Assembly: GCF_018350175.1 (NCBI RefSeq)
Contig: NC_058368.1
Span: 163,248,001-163,312,000, forward strand
Reading direction: 5' to 3'
Length of the DNA: 64,000 nucleotides
From: Felis catus
Taxonomy: Eukaryota
The position numbers were made by a program, and so were the translations under genes. Positions 52,361 to 62,000 of the stretch are shown in pieces. Every line of letters begins with the position of its first letter. Position 1 is the first letter of the stretch. The notes below the pieces were generated by a model. That model was not told where the DNA came from and made no database searches. It was given only the letters and a program-made list of their open reading frames with translations.

Positions 52361-53435
52361 TTTTTTGTTTGTTTGTTTTTGTATTCTCAAGTTAGTTAAC
52401 AAACAACATAGTCTTGGCTTCAGGAGTAGAACTCAGTGATTCATCTCTTACATATGACACCCAGTGCTCATCCCAAAGAGGGCTCTCCTTAATGCCTGTC
52501 ACCCATTTACCCACCCTCCCACCATCAACCTGCAGTTTGTTCTCTGTATTTATGAGTCTCTTATGGTTTGCCTCCCTCTCTGTTTTTATCTTATTTTTCC
52601 TTCCCTTTCCCTATGTTCATCTGTTAAGTTTCTCAAATTCCACATATGAGTGAAATCAGATGACATCTGTCTTTTTGTGACCAGTTTACTTCACTTAGTA
52701 TAATACCCTCTAGTTCTATCCATGTTGTTGCAAATGGCAAGACTTGCTTCTTTGTCATCTCCGAGTAATATTCTGTTGTATAGCTGTATATCACATCTTC
52801 TTAATCCATTCATCAGTTGATGGACATTGTGTTCTTTCTATAATATGGCTATTGTTCATAGTGCTGCTGTAAACATTGGGGTGCATGTGCCCCTTCGAAT
52901 CAGCATTTCTGTATCCTTTGGATAAATTCCTAGTAGTGCAATTGCTGGGTTGAAGGGTAATTCTGTTTTTAATTTTTTGAGGAACCTCCACACTATTTTC
53001 CAGAGCAGCTGCACCTGTTCCCATCAGCAGTGTAAAAGTGTTCTTTCTCCGCATCCTCGCTGACATCTGCTGTTCCCTGAGTTGTTCATTTTAGCCATTC
53101 TGACCAGTGTGAGGTGGTATCTCATCATGGTTTTGATTTGTATTTCCCTGATGATGAGTGATGTTAAGCATCTTTTCATGTGTCATTTGGCCATCTGGAT
53201 GTGTTCTTTGGAAAAGTATCTATTCATGTCTTCTGCCCATTTCTTCACTGGATTATTTGTTTGCAGGTGCTAAGTTTGGTAAGTTCTTTATAGATTTTGG
53301 ATACTAATCCTTTATCCTGTATGTCATTTGCAAATATCTTCTCCCATCCCGCCAGTTGCCTTTTAGTTTTGTCAATTGTTTCCTTTGCAGAAGCTTTGTA
53401 TCTTGATGAAATCCCAATAGTTCATTCTCGCTTTT
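52361..53435 (-). mobile_element. 5'-truncated carnivore L1
   Basis: T-rich tail, L1 3' UTR and ORF2 C-terminal sequence (CPSTDEWIKKM); imperfect flanking repeat ggatagtttt / ggataatttt. Confidence 0.92.
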
Positions 53436-54084
53436 ACAAAAATGGATAATTTTACAGTATCTGTCATCTGAAGATGTTCTAGTACTCTGAAACTTTACTC
53501 AAAGATGAGGTATAAGTAGATACAGAATGTACAGTGCAAAATTAGAAAAAGAAAAGATTTAAAAATTTATCCATTGATAAAGCTGAACCTAAAACACCAG
53601 TAAGAACTTCTGTCTCTGTGACTCTTTACTCTCTTCAGAATTTGCTCACGGTAGCCCTTTGGTAGTACGTTTATCAATTATCCCTTTTTGGTACAGGAAG
53701 AAACCAAAGTGCAGAAATGTGAAATGAATCCCTAAAATGGGACTTGAAACCACAACTTCTGATTTCAAGTGCAAGTCTTCACGCTCCATTTTACACCAGT
53801 AGTTTGCATCTTTGGGTTCAGAGTCTGCTGGAGGAGAGAGATTTTGAGATTTAGCCTGGAGTCACCGATAGAAAGCAGGCGTTGTGAGATGGGAAATATC
53901 ATGTCTCATGCTTATGTGTATTACTGGTTTTAGTTATATTGAGAATAAAATAGAAATTCGTTGAAAATCATTACTCAGTCAGTAATAGTTTTTTTAGCCT
54001 TGACATACTTTCTTAATAAGAAAATACCAGCCTTACAGCCTTTATCAAGTGTAGCCTGGCATTTAATAGCTCCTACCTCTGGAA

Positions 54085-54260
54085 TCAGCCATTGTCAATG
54101 TCAAGCAAGTTCCTTAACTTCTTTGTGCCTCTATTTTCTCATGTGTAAAATGAAGATAATACTCTAGTTCATAGGATGTTGTGATAATTCAATGAAATAA
54201 TACATGAGAAGTACTTAGAACACTGTCTAGCATTTGACAAGTACTAACTGTTAAATAATT
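54085..54260 (+). mobile_element. MIR
   Basis: caagttccttaacttctttgtgcctctattttctcatgtgtaaaatgaagataata MIR core. Confidence 0.75.
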
Positions 54261-55472
54261 TAATTATTAAAAGTATCATTTATTATTATGGATAGGTCCA
54301 TGAAATGTTGTGATTTTAGAAAGAGGTTTTCTTACTTCAAATATGGGAACCAGTTTTCCGTATGGTACTGTTGTGGGCCTCTTTATTTTGGTTAAAATTG
54401 GCAAACACAATTGGTCTATTTCACATTTTTCTGTGACTTAAAAGCTCAACTTTTAGTTACAATATAAGTCAAGGTTAGGGCCTATAACTTCCATAATGGA
54501 AGGAGGAGGCAAATAAAATCAACAGGGTGTGCTCAGGCCTCCCCTCCTGGGGGGAGTACCACCAGGACTGTACCCGGTGTGTGCTCCCAAGCCCAGAGGG
54601 TCACGGGCCTCATCGTTTTTCAGCGTTCATTTTCAGTGTCCGGGTGTAGTGCACATCACTATGGGAAACCTTGTAAAGAAGACTAAAAATGGGGGAAGAG
54701 CGAGCTGGTCTGTAAGCATCTTGTTAAAATAAACCACTTCTTCCTAAGCTCAAGGCAGCAAGAAACGGTTTAGTAGCAATGAAATAAATTCACCACCTGT
54801 TTGTGCAGCAGTATCAAAGAGTTCTAGCAAACATAAGAATGCTTTGATCCTTTCAGCCAGAAGAAAATTATGAAGCTCCTCATTGGTAGTTCATGGGGGA
54901 GTGTGGGGACACTGATCAAAGAAAACTATTGCTGTAGATGAGAAATTAAAATGTCTGAATATCAGCTACTTTAATACATTATATTTCTTTCAATGGTGCA
55001 TTGCATATTTAAAGTTTCAAATGCTGTTCTTATTAAGTTAAATTTTATTGTAGCTTCTATGCCATAAAATAAAAAACTTTAAAGTGGTTTTAAGCAACCA
55101 TGTTCCTATTGTTAGTGGCTTTCAAATTATGTAGCTGAGACGGATTGAGGGGGCACTGTGTGCCGTAGATTTTATAGAATCCCTCTAGGTTGCTATAAAC
55201 TCACTTGAGCAAAATTATATAAATGAGAGAATGTTTGACATTCTTTTATGATCCTTAAGAAAAATTCCCATGTTTTTCAATTATATAATAACATTATCTA
55301 ATTATAGATACCACTGTTAAGTGCTGTAATTATCGAGCTGAGAGGCTTGAAGAAAAGGATAGCCAGACAAACTTACGTCATAAAAATGGGTATGTTTATA
55401 GGCATTTTATTGTAAGGATTGAACCATTTGAAATGAAAAACATGAGAATCATTTGAAAATTTAATTCTGCCT

Positions 55473-55693
55473 GGGGCGCCTGGGTGGCACAGTCGGTTAA
55501 GTGTCCGACTTCAGCCAGGTCACGATCTCACGGTCCGTGAGTTCGAGCCCCGCGTCGGGCTCTGGGCTGATGGCTCAGAGCCTGGAGCCTCTTTCCGATT
55601 CTGTGTCTCCCTCTCTCTCTGCCCCTCCCCCCTTCATGCTCTGTCTCTCACTGTCCCAAAAATAAATAAACGTTGAAAAAAAAAATTAAAAAA
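55473..55693 (+). mobile_element. Young Can-SINE (SINEC_Fc) with TSD
   Basis: Canonical, CpG-rich; TSD aaaatttaattctgc at 55456-55470 and 55694-55708. Confidence 0.95.
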
Positions 55694-57224
55694 AAAATTT
55701 AATTCTGCTATGGGAGAAAATGCTTCTATGTGAGTATCACAAGAAGCAAAAGATAAAGTTAAGTCTTATTTTTGAATGGGAATCTAGACATTTTCCTGTA
55801 GATTTTTTACTTATCAAGAAAAAGAATTCTTATTTTTAAACTTATTTTTAGCATGTTCTGGATCTGAGGTTTTATGTGTAGTTAATAGCTCCTGCCTCTG
55901 AAGTCATCAGGAGGCATTTAACAAAATATGGAGTAAAATGCTTTGGAAATAACCATGCCTAAGGATGTAGAATCAAACAGGAAAAAGAACCCTCAAAAGA
56001 AGACATCTCATTTAAAAAAATGTGTTGATAATTGCAAGACAGAAGGAGAGGCAAATCCCAACTATAGACCACATCCGTCTAAGCCCAGTGGCTGGCATTA
56101 AATATTTGAGCTTAAATATGGTACCTCCCACCCCATTCTGTACCAACTTCCTCTTCAAAATGGGAGAAAATAATAATGCAAAGACCCACAAAGGAAGCAT
56201 TACAAAGGTAATGCAAAAGACCTTTCAATAGCAAAATCAGTGGGCCTTTCAGTGACCCACACTTTATTGAAAACCACAAGACATTTGAAATTTATTCAGG
56301 TCTTGGGCATTAGTTTCAAACTAGTTTCTTAAAAACTTCACTGAAGAGGAAGAAGAGAGTTTATTAATTTTCGAAGAGAGTTTATTAATACAGGCTAAAG
56401 TGGAGATAGCCTGTAAGTTTAGGTCCTCACATGTAACTCTGTGAGTTAGCACAGAAATCACTGAGGGCTCTCCACTTTGCTAAGCAACTCTGCAGGAGAA
56501 GGCTGACACCCTGTGATCCAGCACTTGATGGGATTATTTAAAGGAAAAGAGTGGTGAAAACTGTAGATGTGCTTTGTGTTCTTTTTCTGAAACTAAATTC
56601 TATGTGATATTCTGAGCTTGTAAATAAATAAGATACCTGCTAGGCAAATGAGTAGCATACAGAGGAGCTGGTCTACTTCTCTGACATCATCAGTAACAGT
56701 TAATGCTTTCCTGTGCAGGAAACTAGTTTCCTGAGGACTGCCCAATGTAGTCCTTAGAACTAAAAGATGTGTGCTGATTGGAACTCAGGGATCTGTTTTA
56801 TCTTACAGTAAGATATGCCAGCAGTGACTTTAGATACATGTGTTATGAAGTAACATTTATATTAGTCAAAGCTGAAAAATTTAATTAAGAATAATGTCTC
56901 TTTTTTTTCCCCCCATGGAAGTATTTACAGGACTGAGCAATTTGATGACTAATGAACATATTTAAAGGGCATCTGGTACTGATCATGGAAACCAAAAAAG
57001 AAAAGAAAATTTGTTACTGTTGGCAAGTTGTTATTCCAGTAGAATCATATGCTGAATGGTACCCCTGAGATTTTTTTTAACATAAATATTCTATAGTTAC
57101 CCAGCCAGTTTTGACTTTCAAGTGAAAAATACTTCAAATTGGCTACATATTGAAATAACGAATTCCAAACAAATCCACGTGCAGAAAATGCCACTCAATT
57201 TGGTGTGCCTTAGTAATGAAGAGT

Positions 57225-57301
57225 GAGAGAAAGAAAAGGAGGAAGGAAGGAAGGAAGGAAGGAAGGAAGGAAGGAAGGAAGGAAGGAAGGAAGGAAGAAG
57301 G

Positions 57302-57372
<71 letters not shown>

Positions 57373-57468
57373 AAAAGAAGGAAAGGAGAAAGGAAGGAAA
57401 GGAAAGGATGGAAGAGAAAAGAAAAGAACAAAGAAAAGAAGAAAAAAAGAAAAGAAAAGAAAAAAGAG
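57225..57468 (+). repeat. Compound tetranucleotide STR (GGAA)14 + (GAAA)~18 in a polypurine tract
   Basis: Read directly: (ggaa)14 at 57241-57296 and a gaaa array at ~57303-57374. Confidence 0.97.
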
Positions 57469-57651
57469 CAGCAACTTAGTATATCAGAGTGGGCAAACTC
57501 TACCCTACGTACAGGGTCAAGTTTACCTTTTCACATAGAGAAATGCTGTGCCTCTGGGGTTACAACACAGATGATTTTAGGGTCTAGCTAGTAATGTTAA
57601 CAAACAAAACCAAACAAAGACCTCCAATGAATAGACAGACAACAACTATAC

Positions 57652-57754
57652 CTTCATGCTGAGTGGCAGTTGCAATAACTACTCTTGTCTTCACGATCTG
57701 GGAGTAATAGGGGGGGAGTGGGGACCGCGGCAATCTGCAGAGCACTGGCCTCGT
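57652..57754 (-). other. Candidate 103-nt internal exon (unidentified)
   Basis: Acceptor tgtgtcttctttttag|ACGAGG, donor GAAG|gtatag, several retained CpGs; one frame is open throughout (TRPVLCRLPRSPLPPYYSQIVKTRVVIATATQHE). Confidence 0.3.
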
Positions 57755-58089
57755 CTAAAAAGAAGACACAACTTGGCTCAGTTAATTGTTGCCATATGGA
57801 AATGTGGGTCCAAGGATGCCAGATTTTACAATTCTTCAAAAGACACTTTTTATGTGAAATCTTTTCATTTTGAAATGTTTTCTCAGAATTCAGATTCAGT
57901 TGGGAAAAATTCATGCAAGCCAAAAGAAACCTAATTTTGGACCAGACTTAGACTTTAGTCATAAATCTTCAATTTGTTCTTTCTGAACTAGCTAAATGAG
58001 TAATGTTAGTAGATTCACAGAGGAAATGTGAATGCTTCCTAATATGTGAATGAAAAAAAATAAGACTAGGTAACATTGATAGCTGAGTA

Positions 58090-58620
58090 GTTAAGGTCTT
58101 CAACTATGGTATCCGATTGCCTGGGTTAAATCTCAGCTATGTACCCTGGGTAAATTGCCAGTTCTATTTGTGTCCAGTTTCCACTCTGTAAAATGTGAAT
58201 GATAATGGTATGGATTTCGTAGAGTTGCTGTGAGGATTCAGTTGAACTTATTGTCCACACAGTGCCTAGCACACAGTAGTTGCTCAATAAACATTGGCTA
58301 TTAGTTTATAAAATAACGATCTTCAGAGGACTTGGCCTTTTTGTTCTTGAAGAAAACATTCCCTGTGAATGTAGAGTCTTTTTTATGTTGAAAAATAGGA
58401 ACTAAGAGAATATATTCTGGAGTCTAAAGCCAGGATTTGAATCCTTACCCTACTGCCATATAACCAGGACAAGTTAATTATTTTTCTAAGACTCAGATCT
58501 GTCATCTATAAAATGAAAATAATAGCCTGTACTTTAAAGTCATAAGAATTCAGTGAGATAATATGTATAAAATCAATACTTGGCATATAAGTCAATAAAT
58601 GTTACCTGCTTTTTTGATTG
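58090..58620 (+). mobile_element. Two MIR copies
   Basis: cagtttccactctgtaaaatgtgaatgataat...agtgcctagcacacagtagttgctcaataaa, and a second copy at ~58400-58620. Confidence 0.75.
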
Positions 58621-58760
58621 TTATTTTCCCATTATTTAGAAGTTCCATATTTGCAAGCACTTTTGTTTTTGACAATTTATGTCTCATTATATGTATTTGA
58701 AGGAAACTGCATCACATTCGATTTACAGATTAAATTTCATGTTAATGAACCATATTATAA

Positions 58761-58969
58761 CATTGCTTCTCAACCAAGGTGATTTACCTTCCAGAAGACA
58801 TTTGGCAATGTTTGAGACATTTTGTTGTCACAACTGAAGAAAGTACAACTGAAATCTAGTAGGCAGAGTCCAGAGATGCTGCTGAACATGCTGTAATGCA
58901 AAAGCCAGTCCCCTACAACAAAGAAGTATTTTTCTAAAGTGTTTCTAGTACTGAGCTGGAGAAATCCTG
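58761..58969 (+). mobile_element. MER20-like hAT MITE
   Basis: ttctcaacc...gacatttggcaatgtttgagacattttgttgtcacaactg...gatgctgctgaacatgctgtaatgca...gagaaatcctg. Confidence 0.8.
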
Positions 58970-59942
58970 CATTGTGGACATATAACCACCATATATATTA
59001 GCTTATAAAGTTCTTGCCAAGAAAGGAGAGTTATTCATTTTTCAAAATATAACCTAACTCAGATAGAAATTAACATGTAAATTGAAATATATAGATTAAT
59101 ATCCAATAAAATATTTTAAAATGCATATCTATATCTGTATATATTTTTTCTGGTTACAAAAGTAACATAAACTTATAAAAGTTGAAAGCCTACAAAAACA
59201 TATAAATGGAAAGTGAAGGTCTGCCTTTTTCCCCACCTGTCCCCATTGAAAACCGCTGGAAATACAACTGAATTATGTTACTTCAGGTTTATAAATGCAT
59301 GTGTATATTGCTGTATAATTTGATTTCTCTTTCTGAACAATTCAGTCCTACAGTTATTATGTGGGGCAGAGCAAGGTAGGCATTTAGAAAGGGCAGCCTG
59401 GCATAGGGTATGGAACCAACCTCAGGGAAGGAGAGTGTCCATGTGGTGGGTTGGTGGGCATCCATGTGTGTGAGCAGCCCGCTATAGGATGTCAGCAAAG
59501 GCCAAGTGGGGTGAAGAACACAAACAGAAAGCCCTGGTGCTAAGAGGGTTTTGAGCCCAAATGAGAGAAGAGGCAAAAAAGCAAGAAAGTGCTCTAAGGA
59601 TAATGGGACAAGTCAGAAGGACACAAAAGCTAGCTTAAGGGGGCCACAATTGAGACTGTTTGAGCATCTAAGTAAATAATGTAATTAAGTAAAGTTAGTA
59701 GCAGATTAAAACCCACTGAATAAAATGAGTCCGTTATGATGTAATAAATAGTAAATAAAATGAAAGTTTGCTTAGAATTATAATATTTACAAAGTTAAAA
59801 AATAAATTTTCCACCAAAAAAATTAATGACAAAGGGAAAAATATCTTTACAGTGGAAAAGCCTGGAAGACACGCCTTAATCAAATGATTTAACATCATCA
59901 GTAATGAGACAAATTAAAATTGTATGCCATCTCATGAGAGGC

Positions 59943-60423
59943 TGTTGTAGGCAGCTTCCAAGAAGATGATCCTTGCCTTCTGGTATTCATGCCCTTGGGT
60001 AGTTTTTGTACACACTGAGTGGGACTGACCTGTGTAACCATAGGATATTATAGAAATGACGGCATGTGACTTCTGATGCTAGATGCTAAAAGACCTTGCT
60101 CACTCTGGCGGAGGGCAGCTGCCATGTTGTAAAGGCCCTTAGGCAGCCCTGGAGAGGGGGCCACATAGTGAGGACAGGTTGTTTCTGCTAACAGCCAGCA
60201 CTAATTTACTCATGCAAGGTGAGTAAGCCACCTTCCAAGCAGATCCTTCAAGCCTTCAGTTGACTGTAGCCCTTGCCAACATCTTGATTGTAACTTCGTG
60301 AGAAAATCACCCCACTAACCTTCTTCTTTTCCTTATGCACAGAAACTATTTGAGATAATATTTGTTGTTTTCAACTACTAAGTTTGGGGATAATTTGATA
60401 TGCTTCAATGGACAACTAATACA
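59943..60423 (+). mobile_element. MaLR solo LTR (MLT1F/G-like) inserted in the old L1
   Basis: tgttgtaggcagcttccaag...ggtattcatgcccttg...cagctgccatgttgt...ctaagtttggggataatttg...aactaataca; TG...CA ends. Confidence 0.85.
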
Positions 60424-60904
60424 GATACATTGAAAAAATACGGATACATAACCTTCTGTGATATTCCTACCAGAGATGCACAACCAGAATCTAGTCCTTA
60501 TGGAAAAGATAACAAATACTAATTGAGAGGCATTCTGCGAAATAACTGGCTTGAAATCTTCAGTAGAGTAAAGGTCACAAAAAGAAAAGACAGACTGAGA
60601 AACTATCTTGGCATGAAGGAGACTAGATACATGATAACTGTACACATAAGGCTTGATTCTAAACTGGACTTTTGCTCTTAGAGGTATTATTGAGATAGTT
60701 GGCAACATCTGGAGACTGAGGATTAGATGGTAGTAATGTGTAAGTGTGAATATGTTTATTTTGATGACTGCATTGTGATAATGTAGTGGAACGTACTTTA
60801 GGAAATACATACAGAAGTTTTCAGGGATGATGAGGCACCATGTCAGCAATTTATTCTCAAATGGTTAAAGGAAAAAAATTCTTTGTACTTGCAACATTTC
60901 TAAG

Positions 60905-60942
60905 GTGCTCCAGTGGCGCAGCAGTCAGTGGTTAGCTCCACA
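60905..60942 (+). pseudogene. Putative tailless tRNA-derived retro-fragment (tRNA-Ile(TAT) 5'-like)
   Basis: Insert gtgctccagtggcgcagcagtcagtggttagctccaca lies between gcaacatttctaag and gcaacatttcgtaag. GCTCCAGTGGCGCA...GGTTAGC matches my recollection of the mammalian tRNA-Ile(TAT) 5' end. Confidence 0.55.
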
Positions 60943-61053
60943 GCAACATTTCGTAAGTTTGATATTGTTTAAACATTTTTTTAATTATGCAAGAAGAAAA
61001 ACAATATGTCATAGAATATGACCTTGCCTATAAAAATAGACCCATCTTGTCCT

Positions 61054-61314
61054 ATTTGTTTGTTTGTTTGTTTGTTTATTTATTTATTTATTTATTTATT
61101 TATCATTCATTTATTTAGAGAGAGAGAAAGAGTGTGTGAGCTGGGGAGGGACAGAGAGTGAGTGAGAGAGAGAGAGAGAGGGAGGGAGGGAGAGAAATCC
61201 CAAGCAGGCTCCACACTGACACAATCTGGGGCTTGAACTCAGGAATCTTGTGATCATGATCTGAGCTGAAAATAAGACTCCAACACTCAATTGACTGAGC
61301 CACTTAGGCTCCCC
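61054..61314 (-). mobile_element. Can-SINE with (TTTG)n(TTTA)n tail STR
   Basis: Reverse SINE ending ctgagccacttaggctcccc; TSD tcttgtcct. Confidence 0.9.
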
Positions 61315-61659
61315 TCTTGTCCTTTTTAAAAGGGATTCATAGTATTCAAGTTTTAATATTTAAAAAAAAAGCTTTTTGCCATTCTCTCATTGATGAGCAT
61401 TTAAACTGATTCCAATTCTTTGCTTATTATAAATATCCAGTTCTTTGTTATTATAAACCATGTCAGTAAATATCACTTTAAACATGTTTGTGCTCTTGTT
61501 CAATTTTTGCTTAAGAATAAATGCGGAGAGTTGAATTGCTATGTGAGTGGATATGCATCCTTTAATCAGTTTAATCGTAAGTCATTGTAGGAAACCACAT
61601 AAAATCTTTGTAAAAGAAAATGAAATTTATAATTTGGTAGTTATTTTCATTTGTTTTTT

Positions 61660-62000
61660 CCCCCCACTAGAAATTAATCTCTATAAAAGTGAGAACTTTA
61701 TCTGTCTTGATTATCACCATCCCCAGCATTAAGCAGTCTTAGGCACTCAATAAATATTTGTTGCAAGAACAGTAATAGTGAACATTTATTATATGTCTAG
61801 CACTGTTCTAAGGATATAAATTCATGTACTTCTTGTAACAGCCCAAGAATAGGTAGTAGGATTATCCATTTTACTTTTGAGGAAACTGAGGCAAAGAGAG
61901 GCTAGGTACTTGCCCAGTTTCACAAGGCTGTGAAAGGATGAAGCCAGGGATCCAGGCAGTTTTCCTTTGGTTTACGTGTTCTTTGCCACTGTGCTATCTT
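61660..62000. mobile_element. L2 3' end (+) followed by MIR (-)
   Basis: taggcactcaataaatatttgttg (L2 end), then attatccattttacttttgaggaaactgaggc (MIR). Confidence 0.75.

Larger units (their letters stand above)
59570..61000 (+). mobile_element. Old L1 (L1MC/L1MD-like) 3' region, interrupted
   Basis: tttacagtggaaaagcctggaagacac.ccttaatcaaatgat, ttctgtgatattcctacca, ttattctcaaatggtt...ctttgtacttgcaac. Confidence 0.75.

Noticed and set aside
55140..55160. CTCF-like core agggggcactg (a weaker match also at ~13750)
   Set aside because: Lacks the 5' CC half of the motif; not supportable without a PWM scan or ChIP data.
57118..57591. ORFs of 73-122 aa rich in K/E/R or F/L/S
   Set aside because: Read-through of the (GGAA)n(GAAA)n microsatellite.
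60346..60849. Longest ORF in the window (167 aa, minus strand)
   Set aside because: Antisense across an old L1 3' region and an LTR end; no recognisable domain.
2523..61303. Recurring ORFs beginning MAQSV.../GAWVAQSVKRPTSA (e.g. 2523, 7854, 9341, 28079, 28759, 31564, 61115)
   Set aside because: They are translations of Can-SINE copies, not a gene family.
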